Below, one piece after another: positions 34,741 to 48,516 of a DNA stretch of 64,000 bases. How positions within the stretch are numbered: the stretch's first letter is position 1; every line of letters begins with the position of its first letter. Origin of the DNA: Perna viridis (Eukaryota); NCBI GenBank assembly GCA_037379345.1, contig CM074517.1:35898001-35962000 (forward strand), given 5' to 3'. Position numbers and translations under genes: made by a program. The notes under the pieces were generated by a model that was given only the letters and a program-made list of their open reading frames with translations, was not told where the DNA came from and searched no databases.

Positions 34741-37045
34741 AACAAACTGTGATAAAAAGGAAAGATATTTGAATTACTTGTTTTTTATAATGCATTTCTG
34801 ACTGTGTACTTATGAGTCTATTTTGTGTGGAATACGGGATGAAGATAAATGAACATGACAGACATTTGTTTTGAATTGAAATTAAAATTATTGACTTGAA
34901 TTATTTTCTGTTTCGTTTTGTTTTTGGTAGACTGTTCATTATTATCTAGTTATGAGTTATTTTTCCTTTATCGTATTCTTTGTTTAAGGAACATGTGTAC
35001 ATTATTTTAGTAGTGGAGAGACTTTCTATTGAATATGGTTTCAAGAAATAAAATAATCTTGGATTTTTTAAACATCAATTAGTATTTATTATTTATTTTT
35101 ATTTTTATTTTGCTTATATATCGAACTAAAATCATAGAAACGACCAAAACATACATCGGATGAAAACAAATGAAACATTACAAAGTATTAAAATAAAAAA
35201 AATTGCGCGTTCTCAGAAATATAAAAAAAATCATACACACACACAAAACAGACAACTTTATCAAATTTTGACCATGCCACTCCTTCATTATTAATCACAA
35301 TAAAACGTATAAACAGGAAAGGCAAACACGGTATTTTCGAGCAGTCTCTACTACAAACTGGCAAAGTCGTTTCTATATTAACCCTTTCGAAAAAAAACAA
35401 ACACATTTGCCCGGTTTGGCATGTTAAAAAACAAGAGATATCAAGTGTGCACCTCTACTTACTGAACGTGTCCTACCCTCTAATACACACGTGCTGTTTT
35501 ATCCCTACATAAGTATTGATATGTTGGTTTGTGACCAAGATTTTAACGTGCGTGACAAGAAAAAGATAGAAAAAATTGTAGTGGTGTTGTAACAGAAAAC
35601 CGCATTTGCGATAGTTATTTAAATATTCCAATAAGTTTATATAATAAATGTTAGAAATGGGACATTTTCACAAAATACAAATGTATTACATATCTTTATC
35701 TCCAGAGGTGTAAATCGGAACGATAGTGGAACATTTTGTTTCGCTCTTTTCTTTTTGTCCCTATTTTTTAAAAATCAGACAAAATGTGTTTTCTGTACAT
35801 GTAATTTCAGAACCTCAATAGAAAAATCCCCATCCCCGTGGAATCCCCATAGCAGATTTTGTATCAAATATGTACATTATCAAATTATTTGTTTTTATTC
35901 AAACTGTTATTTTAAATTAAATGCGATACATTTTTCATATCAATATATACAAAAAAAAAATAAATTTCCATCTCCCTATTTAAAATCCCCATCCCCCATC
36001 CCCATATACCACAGAAAGGGAAGTTTTTCGCATACAAGTACTGTACTACTGTCAAAGTCAGAACAACTGTAAAAGACTTTGGAAGAAAAAAAGGTGTAAA
36101 AGATGTATATTACCTATTACCTATGAAATTCGAGATTCAGCGAGGTCACAAATTAAGTTATCTAAGTTTCTTGAAGAAAGAAAACCTCTATCATAATTCA
36201 AAACTTAGGTCCTAAAATCTCAAGCGACAGGATTTTTGTTCTTAATTATAGCAATGCTGTGAGATATGGGATAGCTCAAACAAACAAAAATTACTATTGC
36301 AATGTCTTTTAACCAATAAAAGGATGTAGAATGAAATTGCAAAAAGCGATAATCTGACATTTACATGGCAATCAGATACCTTGCTTCCGCAAAACACAAG
36401 TATGAACTGGGGATTAAACTGGTTTTCAGAATTACTGAACTTGTTTAAGCCATCAATATAGATTGAAGATTGTCACCTTTGGAAATTGATTCACACGCTG
36501 GCTTGTTAACTTAAAGTTTGGCCGTTATATAACTCATTCATATGACCCAAAGAACATGTGAGCAATTCGTTTGCTGTGATCTTATGAAAGAGGAGTGGCC
36601 AAGATTATTATAATATCAAAGACTGGAAGATTGCTGCAACGATTTGAATAAAAGTATCTTCTATCTTCTATCGACACTGACTGGTTTAAGTTGGATGTGT
36701 TCTGTTTTGTTATTAATGTAAGAATTGATGTTAACCGAGTTTTGAATGTGTCAACGCTAAAGCAACAATGTAATTGGTTCACAGGTCCATTGATATATTT
36801 GGTGAAATTTCTTCCAGCGTATCAAAAATATGAAGAATGCCTTTGAAACGTATAAAATGATATTTTATTAATGACAAAAGTAGCAAGACAGTCTTGCAAA
36901 AACTTTAATAGAAAGTAGTTATTGTTTAAACTTCTTGAAAGTGTAATTTGTACATAATGAATGTAAGTAACTATATGGAGTTTTTCCGACGTAGTTGGTA
37001 TAGTTTCGCTTTTTACGCTTTAACTTAAGGACTCTCTTTTATGGA

Positions 37046-37297
37046 AGAGAAATCAAGGGAACCAAGGTTATAGCGGTAATCAAAAGAATGTAATCCAGAG
37101 ACAAAGACCAGACATGGAAAACAGACATACACAACAAAGAACATAAAGTAACTAAAATCACACATACAAAGTAACAAAAGCAAACTAGCAACTCAGACTC
37201 TACTAAAAACCGGGAACATGGACCAGGTGCAACGGTAGGGTAAGCGTCCTCTTCTTTTCTAGAAACAGCCGCCGAGTTGCTCATAAAAAGTCAAGTC
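37046..37297 (-). mobile_element. Naiad-like 3' end
   Basis: Matches 61428-61678. Confidence 0.88.
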
Positions 37298-37764
37298 AAG
37301 AAACGCAATTCATCTGATCGCAAGTCTGTTTCCCGATTTGCCAAATACTGATAACTTAGTGGCGTGCGAGAAAACTGTATCGAAAATTGAAATTGCGTGC
37401 CATGTGTTACTTTCTTGAATGAAATGAAGAAACTTTATAAGTTAAAAGAACAAAATTTTACTGCGTCAGCTATCTTTTTTGAAGGATAGTACTTGTTTTA
37501 TAATTCATTCATCGTAAGTGCATGGAGAATTTTCAGATTACTTTTCACACAGAAATGGAATACCAAAGAATGCCTCTCAATTTGATAAACTTTATTGGTA
37601 TTATTAATCTTTTCATAATCTTGAAATGTGTAATTAAGTATCATGAATATTTTCCGAAGCATAGCTTCAATTTGAACATTAAAATAGATTCTAGTACTAG
37701 TCCATCATTACAAGGCTACTAGAACGGTACACATCTGCAAGATATTAGAATATACAATGCTATC

Positions 37765-40700
37765 TTAACCTGTTTCTGGTATGGTCCAATTTAAGAACGA
37801 ATAGAGTTCAAGGTCTTTTTTTAATTTTTGCATTATGTCTGGTATATATGCCTCTGGTATTTGAGAGTAGTATGTTTTCAAAACTTCGTCTGTTTTACTC
37901 TCCTTATAATATTTTTCCCGAGGGGGGAAAGCGAAATCTTCTGCACCAATATACCGTAGAACTTCGTTACTCTCAGCTATAAGATTGTTAAATAAACCAA
38001 TATAGTCATACTTAACCCGACAGGGGTCACATAAGTTCCAATATGGAGCCCAATGATTGTTAGCAAACCATTCCTTTTGCCAAACAAAGAATTTTATAAA
38101 TTCCAGAAATGTGGCATTATGTCCTTTCTTTTTCGCAGCTTTTGTAGCATGTGGTCGAAATTTCTTAATTATTTTTGTACCATATAATTTATGGAATTCC
38201 TTCCCATTAACAAATTTACTCCTATAAGCAGACAAAATTCTTTCAAACGGATTTCTCGTGAACATCACTTTCGTATAATTTCGCAAACGGAACTCCCTTC
38301 CTTTCTTATTAAATTGTTTCAACGTTGTATACTCCGGTAACATTTTATTATGTATGGCTCGGCCAGGAAGATGTAGGATATATTCCTTTGGAAATTTTCC
38401 AGATAAAAGTAGCATCATCCGTCGCCATGATGTTGAAGAAACTTTAGGTATGACACAGATCATAAACTTATATTTGTCGTTTACAAGTATTCGTTTTAAT
38501 GTATTGATTGGTATCTGCTTTGGTATTTTTATTCTCTTTTTCATTTGTTTGCATTTTCTTTGCACACTGATAAACCGCTGCTGAATTTCAGGCTTGAATT
38601 TGCTAAAATCAACTGTAGATCCTTTTATCTAAATGAAAAAAGAAAAACGATAAATGATAAAATTAAATTTAATAATTACACACAATAATCCCCACTATCT
38701 CAAACTTGACAACATAGAGGTCGCCCTAATTAATATAGCAACGCAAAAACATAGATCTACGAAAGATGATTACAGTACGTATTAACATTCTTTTTTTATT
38801 TTTTTCTATCTGTGTTCATATTCCAGCCAGTACCTGTGTACAGAGGTTGTATAATAAAGGATAACTACGGCCTAAGCATAATCCTGAAGGGAGGAAGACG
38901 AAATAAAAAATACAGAATCATAAAACTATTCACACAATGAAACTAAGTATAAATACAAAGAAAAGCTAAATTTCAACCTTGACTCCCCATACCACCGCGC
39001 GTATGGATAATGTCATCTGGTTTTCTGGTGGAAAATCCGATCGAGTTGCTGATATCATTTCTAGTAAAACATATATGAACAAATAATATTTCACGACAAA
39101 AATATTGAAGGCAACATGATAAATAACAAATTTATCGCGATTGATTTAAAGTTTAATCATATGTTTTCTTCTTTCGTCGATTTACTCACGTGTTATTCAT
39201 GAACTTATGGAATGCATTTTTTATACTTTTTATAATTATAAACTCTTAGCGACGGATTATCTTACTTGAAGATAACCAAAGTCATTCTAGACCATAATAA
39301 ACTGGTCGGACCAAATGGTCTTCCAAAACAGATTTATAGTCCTTTTATATACGACCAGACATTGACAGGTTCAGTATCTGGAGAATATCTCTGGGAAGAA
39401 CAGGATGTGTCATTCTGTACAGTAGAGGGTTGTATTTGGACACAATAAAGGAGATGTTACTTTGCAGTACATGGGGAAGAACATAAAATGTGAATCTTGA
39501 CAGGACAAGGGTTTGCGAAGTAAGCTTTTTTCAACTTTAAACAAACTGTTATTTGTTATTTATTATTGTATATATTTCGATATATTTTCTTGACAACAAC
39601 ACACATATGTCAAATCGTGCTTTACTTTGATTTAATTTTACACTATTTTACCTTGGATTTTTTATGATGTACTTTGTCTTTCTTTGATCCTTGTATTTTC
39701 GTCATTGTTGTGATTGACATTTTACGTTTTTCTTCCAAACCTCTATTAGGGATCATGCCAGTTCTTCTCTCAGTCAAACTAGAGATTTCTTTGCTGTTAA
39801 TGCTGCGAAGAACTATAAAAATAGATTATTAGTAGAACAGCCGAATTGAAATATAATTATTTAATCTGTGTTAAACCCGTTATACTTGTGTAATCGTTTT
39901 TTATTTTTTCTTCTAATTTTCAACAGGTTTAACCATTTCTGACTAGGGGCGGATCCAGGATTTTGGAGGGGGGACGCACGATTAAAATTTTGCAAAATTT
40001 TTCGGTTAAATTTTTTTTAAATATTCTTTTAGAGTGTGTGCAATGTAGATATCTTTTGTGGTAAAATTAGCGTGAAATTAAAGTTTTAACCTAAAACCGC
40101 CTAAATCTACCCCTGACAACCCATTTTTGCAAATTTTAGGGGGGCGCACGCCCGCCACGCCCCCGCTTAAATCCGCCCCTTCAGACCTGTGTTGGAAACA
40201 TCGATAATTTTACTAGCCAGATTATAGACTCGTGATATTTCCTACAAAAACTGCTCGAAATAGTTTCGTAGCATCACATCATTAGTGGATATGTTGTAAC
40301 AGTGTAGATGTTTAAGTAAACAGTCAGTGACGTCCTGTATTTGTAGATGCTCTGAAATATGAATAGCTCAAAAGTGTTTTGCAAGAGTAAAAATATATCC
40401 GTTCCTCATTGGCAATGCCTATACTCATGGATCTAATGTGTCCGTACATTAACAAGTCGTTAAATTGTGTCAGTACAAATTCTTGATTACTTGATTTTCA
40501 AATTATTTCGAATTCTTCGCATATTGTCACATTGATTTTTATTTTAAATTAACGTAACTATTTAACTTAAATCCAATTACTTAAACCAGAAACATTTCGG
40601 CTATAATGAATCGCAGTTATGTTTACAATTATATTCTTGAAAAAGAAGTGGTTTTGTTTTGAATCTTTTGTTTACTATATGTTATATTACAAGTGAGAGC

Positions 40701-41610
40701 ATTAGTAGGCATTATTGTGAAATTTACTTGAAGATTAATTATGGTAAAATATGAAAGGCTGTATTAGCTGTAATTTTCGAAAAAAAATTGATGAAATATG
40801 CCTTAATTCTAATAACTTGCACTTTTCCTATATAATTTCATTCGATATCCACAAATATAATGTGATAAATATATGAAATAGGTGTCTATATATTTATTGT
40901 CTTGCAAGACAAAAAATCGACCTAGATAAATTCATATGCATGTGACTTCTGGTGACCTTAATCCACGCATGTGCTGTAAGGTTCGCTTTAAAAAAAAATC
41001 TGATTGCAAAGCGAATATGGTTAATCAATGGCAAGGAAGACCGTCGGACTCAAGCTGTAAAAGAAAAAAGTTCGAATATAATGCAAGGGTCCCTTTGAAA
41101 TTTACGTATTGTGATATAATGTGGCACAAATATGGTCAGTAACTGTCATTATTTATTTGAAAACTAATCAAGAAATAGATGAAATGAAATGTAAACAAGA
41201 CACGTGCTTACCTGTGTATCCGTTATTGTTATATTTTTACCAAGGTTTAAGTATTTTTAACCCGGGTTAATGTCCTGTCGGCAATCTTCGGAAGTAATGG
41301 CGAAAAATAATTAGATCTGAGCTATCGGTCTTCTTTGATTGAAAAAAAAAACGTTGCTTTCACAATATTCTGTAGGAGGTGTTATCGACATTTATTGTTT
41401 CAGTTGCATTACTACAAACTTGTTTCATTTTATCAGCAAATTTCAGTAGAATCAAAACCGAACAAATTTGGCAGCTAATGCAGCTTTAAAAAGTATCTTA
41501 CCAGACATACGGGTTTCCATTATTTTGGACTTTAGATATGTCTTAGAAAGAACACACATGGCAATGACGATACCACCAAGTAGAAGGAATAATCTGGCAT
41601 GCGCATTCAT
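37765..41610 (-). CDS. Golgi carbohydrate sulfotransferase, CHST11/HNK-1ST (Sulfotransfer_2) family, ~377 aa
   Basis: Phase-compatible exons 41610-41502 (signal anchor MNAHARLFLLLGGIVIAMCVL), 39812-39652 and 38628-37765. 5'-PSB IPKVSSTSW, 3'-PB RNPFERILSAY, and HWAPY..LCDPC..YDYIG. Confidence 0.92.
39945..40180. mobile_element. MITE with AGGGGCGGAT/ATCCGCCCCT TIRs (intronic)
   Basis: Perfect 10-bp TIR; its 3' half recurs at about 46759-46837. Confidence 0.7.
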
Positions 41611-42146
41611 ATTATTAGTAGTCTGTAACAGAAATCAGATACTAAAGTCGCAGTAATAAAATCTAGGGTCATCTTTATGTCCAATTTCTAATGTTACCGA
41701 AGGTATTCTAAACGCCATAATGCAACAATTGTTTGTGCTAATGATGTAACTGATGTATTTTTATAAACGAGTGTTTTTGTTTGATTTGGTTTTTCAGTGT
41801 AACCTCAATATTTACATTTATATTCTACAGTTTATATATTTAACAATATCAACAAGCCAAATAGGCTTATGGAACACGTTGTATATAGTGTCTCGAAAAC
41901 ATTTTTATTGCAAATTCAAAACAGTTGTGACGTTACACAGACCGAAATAAATCATTCTGCAAGCTGTATAATGTATATTATACGTGACTGACATACATCA
42001 AACATATTAACAGTAACTGGATCATATTTCCTTCCTGGAATCTTAGAAAAATCGGACGGAAATATTTTTTTTTCTAACTGTATAAATATGCATATTGCAC
42101 ATAATTTTGCAGTTTCAATTTTAGTATTTTTAATATTCCTTCATAG

Positions 42147-42299
42147 NNNNNNNNNNNNNNNNNNNNNNNNNNNNNNNNNNNNNNNNNNNNNNNNNNNNNN
42201 NNNNNNNNNNNNNNNNNNNNNNNNNNNNNNNNNNNNNNNNNNNNNNNNNNNNNNNNNNNNNNNNNNNNNNNNNNNNNNNNNNNNNNNNNNNNNNNNNNN
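42147..42299. other. Assembly gap (153 N)
   Basis: Run of N. Confidence 1.
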
Positions 42300-45006
42300 A
42301 TGTACAGGCGTAACACAAGTAAATCGGTATGAGTTTCTAGATGAATAATTGTTGCATACATCCTGATACATCTCGTCTAAGATTTGGCGAATTTTGGTCA
42401 GAACGGTTTGTTTTTCATTCAGTGTTATGATGACAGTTGTTGGATATGTTCCTCGTATGTTTTTCGACAATGCATTCATTCGTTTGTTTTGATTGATGAT
42501 TTTTACAAGAATACAAACCTTGATGTGTTTGGGTTTTTTTTAAATTTAAATCTGAAGAAGCTATAAAGATTGATATGCGTGATTGTTCTTCAATATCTAT
42601 TATAATGATGTGAATGATTGATGAATTTGTGTTGTAGATATTTCTTATATTTTAAAACGGGAATGAAAAAGAAGATCATAGACAATACTTTGTACTAGAT
42701 CATGTTTTACCATCCTATCTCACATGGGAAAATAAGCAACAGACATATTGCTTCTTTAGGTAGCTTACTCGGGGAAAGCATCATAGGAATTCCACTGTCA
42801 TTATCATTACACCGCAGAAGTGGTGAAAAATGTAATTTGAATTGTCATGTAATTTATTACAGGGTTAAAGACAGTTTTTATGTAATCAAAGTATAAAATC
42901 GGACCATTCATTTTCACTGATACAAATATTTTCTAGAAAACATTTCTTAATCCTCATAATTCCAATCACAAACTATCTGAAGTGCAAATCCCTTTTATTC
43001 GTTGAGACATTAATTCATTAAAATTGACACGCGTAATTATCACTATAAATGGCGGAATTCACACAACAGAGTGACATGGTTGTCAGTTTCATTATTCGAA
43101 ATTGAAATCTGAGGTGCAACTGATAATCATATTCTTTCGAAGTTGTTGTTTTGAATCAACGATGTCGAAAAAAAATGGAAAAAAAAGAAGATAATGCTGT
43201 TTCACGCCTATAATCGACTTCAATATGTCGAAGCAATGGTAGCCATGTGCGTTTAAGAAATGAACATGGAGTTTACATTGTTGTAAGAACTGTCACCGCC
43301 GAGGCCAGTGAAGATGACTAACCAACCAATCATAATGCGTAAAACATATATGTCAACTAGATTGGATTTACGCAAATTAAAGAATGAATGCACTGACATG
43401 TCAGATGCTACCCCCTAAAAAACAACAACATGCACACCTTTAAAAGACATTGCATGATCGTATGCCTAGATACACAAGCCTTTGTTCCGAAGATTTAGCA
43501 ATTCAAAGACTTGGTGACATTTAAAAAACGTCATACTTTCTCGTCATGCATTCAAATAGCTGGAAGATACAAAATAAATATTTTATTTCCAAGAGAAAAA
43601 CTAATATCTGACACAATTGATATACAAATGATATAAATGTACTCGTGTGTCATGTTACATTGCTTGGCTTTTATTCCATTGCGTTCGAAAGATGAAGTTG
43701 ATGAAGTTGGTGATTTTCATAAAACTCAAAACACAAAAGCGAGGAAAAATATACTTGATTAAATTTTACCTTTAAAGTACCGTAAAGTCGTAGTAATGAA
43801 GGGCATGGTGTACAAAAGTACTACTTCCATCATACTGTGTACTTGTAACGAGGACAATTTACAAAATCAACACTCTTTATGCAAATATGTGGGATTGCCT
43901 TTTGAGAGAAGTAATCGTATTCGATATAAATAAATAGAAACTTAAGATGGATATTGATCATGCATTTCATTAGAAGGGGATTAAAGCTGATCCAATTATC
44001 GAAAACCCATGAAGACCTGCATAAATTGTCACGTACTGTTTTATCAGAATTTCAGAATGAGTAATTATTTGTATCAATCCATGTACAGAAATCCGATATA
44101 ATACATGTACATGTTTCTTTATTAATTTAGTACCTCAGAAATGTCCATACAAGCCCTCCCAAACAACAAAAAAATCATAAATTGCGATTCCGGTAGGTAA
44201 TGTTTTGTTCAAGAACAAATGTGCACAGTTGGAAAAAAATCATCTTATTTTTTTTTTCATTTTATATGCCATTGTTTATCTTTTTTACGTCGGCAACGTC
44301 TTTGCAACTAATGACTGAAGTACATGATATTTTGCTGTTCTGGAAGGTTTTTTATAGGGACTTGTATGCAATTACTACAAGGTCTTGAAGGAAACGAAAC
44401 ATACATGCACCTGTCCACTTCTAGTAGTCACATTTTCCGTTTCAGAAATTGATGAGCTACAAAACGTAAGACCGATTACGAACGTGTATGCGTTCTGCAC
44501 AAGTAATCGAAGAGATACTGCTTGGTATCAATATCAATTTCCTTTTTTGAAAGTCCGAATCGTCTGCTTGTACTGACGTGAAAAAAAAGGCATTAGCACT
44601 AGCGCCATTCATTACAAATTCGAAAAGCTGTTCACGGTGAACTACGCCCTTCAGTATAAAGAGGTGTAGCAGAGATTGAAATAATAGTGAATCTACCTTC
44701 AAGATGTTGCTCAATCAAGATAAACGCTGGTGATGAAAGGCTTCATCTATGGTTTAACTATCTTCATTTACTAGTACAATGATGTTGCCGAAACAAGAAG
44801 TTAAAAAGGATTTACTTGAAAATGATGTATACGCACGAATTTTGGAAAAACTGAATAATGTATACTAAATTGTAACATTTCATTTTTATCAACATAAATT
44901 TATTTTCAAAACATTTAAAACACACATAGCTTCAATAAATTCATGTATTATTGGTGTCCTCAAAATAGTTACAAGCCGATATAAAGCAAAGGGAAGACTT
45001 ACACCA

Positions 45007-45096
45007 TATTGCCAAGTGTAAGTACAATTGTTATTAATATTGCCAAGTGTAAGTACAATTGTTATTAATATTGCTTAGTGTAAGTATAGTTGTTAT
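45007..45096 (+). repeat. 31-bp tandem repeat, about 3 copies
   Basis: ATATTGCCAAGTGTAAGTACAATTGTTATTA twice plus a diverged third copy. Confidence 0.88.
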
Positions 45097-45406
45097 TGGT
45101 AATCACATTTTTTAACAATAAGATTACGTTACAAAATGTAAACGTAAGCCAATACGACAAATATCCTATCTAGTTTTAACCTGTCCTTTGTGATCTGAAT
45201 TTACTGATTTTCGAGAGTTTCTGATCGTATGTACATCTAGGCACATGTAAAATCTTCATATTGTCTTAACTGAAATCCCTATTGAACAGGCCAATGTGAC
45301 ATATTGGACTAGATGATCGATCAATTTACTGCATATGATTTTACGAGTTATTGATTCTCGGCTAGCGCTTTCGGATGCGTTTCAGCCTAATATGGCAAGC
45401 CTTGGA

Positions 45407-45970
45407 AGAGTAATCAAAGGAACCAAGATTCTAGCGGAAATCAAAAGAATATAGTCCAGAATAAAGGCCAGACATGGAAAACAGACACACACAACAAAGA
45501 ACATAAAATATCTAAAATATATACATACAAAGTAACAAAATTAAATGAGCAATTCGGAATCCACAAAAAACTGGGAGCATGGACCATGTGTACCGGCAGG
45601 ATAAGCATCCTCTGCTTTTTTAGAAACACCCAAAAGGAAAACTATGACACGATGAACAAATCAGTTTTCATGGTGCAGATGGATACATCGTAACAATCCA
45701 CGAGTTCATGACGTCGACCATAAAATTTCTGTAGTGACAATTTCAATTGTGCAGCAACATGACCATGTTCAAAAAGCCTAATTTCAAGAAGTCTAGTGCG
45801 ATATGAAAAGTCTGCGTGGTAACGGCAAGCTCTGTCATAACGTGTGAGTTGTGATATACAAACTCCATACCCAGGTGCTGAAGGTATATTGCCACAGATG
45901 AAAGGAAAGATGACAACACGGAATGACAAGTCATCGCGTGTGTCGTATAGTTTGGTCAATAGTTTTCCGA
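45407..45970 (-). mobile_element. Diverged Naiad-like 3' fragment
   Basis: TKLYDTRDDLSF..GNIPSAPGYGVCISQLTRY plus the family 3' end. Confidence 0.85.
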
Positions 45971-48516
45971 TCGATTGAACCAATGACCAATATTGAAAAC
46001 CTTCCGCAATATTACTATATTCTTAATCGATTTAGCGCCATTTTAACCGCTAAGAATGAAATAAAAAAAAATGAAAGTGGGAATGGGAAACGTGTCAAAG
46101 AGACACCCTATACAAAAGTGTAAAAGAAATACATTCTCTCGATTTTTAATGAGAAGATTCCCACCCCCGAGTCTGCCCTTAACTCGCTTTTAAAATGACA
46201 AATATATCTATTCAGAAAAATTGTCAGCACACTAAACTTAATAAAGACTTGTTACAAGTCCTTCTATATTATAAATATATGACACAAAAAATCTTTGTCA
46301 TTGACCTCTATTAACTGTTGTGAAAAAGGCTTCCCCGCAACTATTAGTATATTTACAATAAAAGAGATACATGCAATCAATAAACTTTTTTATTTATTCT
46401 TAAATTTTAAAAGAGGGACATGTAACAACTCTATATGCCTAGTATAGTTACATATAAAACATACAATTATTTAAAAAATAAAAGCCATCCATACAAGTTT
46501 GATACCTAACTGGGGACAAGCACACATGCAGCAGTAGGGTTAAATTAGAATACTATGATGGGACCACAACCCAAATGCAGACAACAAAATACACAATAAA
46601 ATTCAATAGAGGTATTTTCCCAAAAAGACAATAAACCAAGTAAGAAAACTCTAGCACACGTATTACTATAACTATACTGTAACTCCAAAACTAGCAGTCA
46701 CTGACATGCTTGCTTCAGTATTCCATTATAACCTATGCAAAAAAAAAAACAAACGAAGATCTACCCTGACAACCCAGGCTTTGCAAATTTTGGGGGGGGG
46801 CGCACGACTGCTATGCCCCCACCTGAATCCGCCCCTGAGATCTACTTTCAGTGACCGACCCAGAGGAGTGCATGAGGTTGGCATCCCCTTTTTACTGGAA
46901 AATTTCTTTTACATGTGTAAAATTGACAAAAAAGGCAAATGATGTCCTAGCACCCCTGGCCTTTTCCTGGGAAGCTACGGCTGGCACCCTTACTTTCAGT
47001 GTTTGTATCTAGCCCTCACCTCGATATTTCACTTTCAGGGATAATGAATATCTTTGTCATTTGAATTCACTTTGATATTGGGATTACCATAGTTTCAGCT
47101 AAAGTCAATACCTAGGACATTCCTTTATAAAATGTTTTCGTTCCTAGTTTTAATCATACATTAAATTTTGCACTGAAACATTGCCAAATGAATCTTAATA
47201 TGTATTAAACACACAAGCATAAGTAAAACTTCGAAAAATAACGTTTTTATTACTTCTATATAACATTAACAACGAAAATGCAAACAACATATTTTAGAAT
47301 GAATCTACAGCAGTCAAAGACCACATTTGAAGTCTAGAATTCGTATAGTCCTGTTCCTAAATGTAAATGCAGTGCAAGCCAGCAATTATTTTCTTGAAAA
47401 AAAAAGCGATTTCTTTAAATTTAGATGAATTGCGATATTTCACGCCATGATCTAGCTAAATACTAACACCAATAAACATAAATTATTAATATTTTCATTC
47501 AAATCTAACAATTTGTCCCAAACTATTGATAGCTTGCACTGTATTAGTTATTTAGGCTATAGCATATTTCCAGACAAAAATCTGTTCTGGTAAATCTGTA
47601 GACAATCTGTAAATTTTAAAATTTGTTGTTTACACTTCTGAAGTAAGCAAAATACGACTAAAGTAACATGTTTTGTGAAGGAAGGAAGTATGCACATATG
47701 TAGAGTACTGTAAAAAGAAGCATTATAAGTTTTTCAGGAACATAATAAATGCATTTTTAACGTCTTGACAATTAGTCATAAATTTTGAACATTAACATTA
47801 TTTTATGAGAAGTGTTTTTTTTTTTTTTGCCACATGCTATGTCTCAATGTTATAGATACGGGGAATTTTTTGTTAGCCAATTACCTCAATTACGGTCTTG
47901 CAGTTTGATGTGTTATTGCAATGACAAAATGGGGTGTTGAAAGTTTCAGGTAGTGATTTCTTATTTTCTTTTCTACTGTTATTGTCAGTCATTTTACCAT
48001 TATATATGCAATATGAAATATTTTTTATCAAATTAATGAGTTTCAGTATACATCTTCTGATTTATTCTTTATCAAGTGGCATTACTCCATTTGACCTAGA
48101 TATGTTGACATTAATCATAACACAATAAAACACCCTTCTTTAATTACTTTTAGTTCTAAAATTTGGGCAAAAGTGAGCCAATAATAACATCTGCCTGCAG
48201 CCCCTCTGGAACCCCCCTTTCCAAATTTCTGAATCCACCCCTGATACATGCAGTCAAGCCTAAGTTCCCGACTCATTGACCTACAATTTCTGGCATTATT
48301 TGAGATCTTCTGATGCTATTACTTCATTAACCAAGTACTGGGGCTTTACACCAAAAGACTGTGTGGATGTTGGGTAAACAATTTTGTGACTGAAAGAACC
48401 GAGATTTGTGTACTGAGAGTTGAATGCAATGACAGACCAGTCAGTACAGTGTAATCACAAACATTATGACAAGGTCCTGACTTTGGCAGGGCAAACAGTT
48501 TATTCAGTTCATAAAT

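Noticed and set aside
41212-41335. Possible extra sulfotransferase exon (good GTAAGC donor)
   Set aside because: Stop codons in the frames tested; the flanking exons already join in phase.
42074-42479. ORFs spanning the N run
   Set aside because: Artefacts of the assembly gap.
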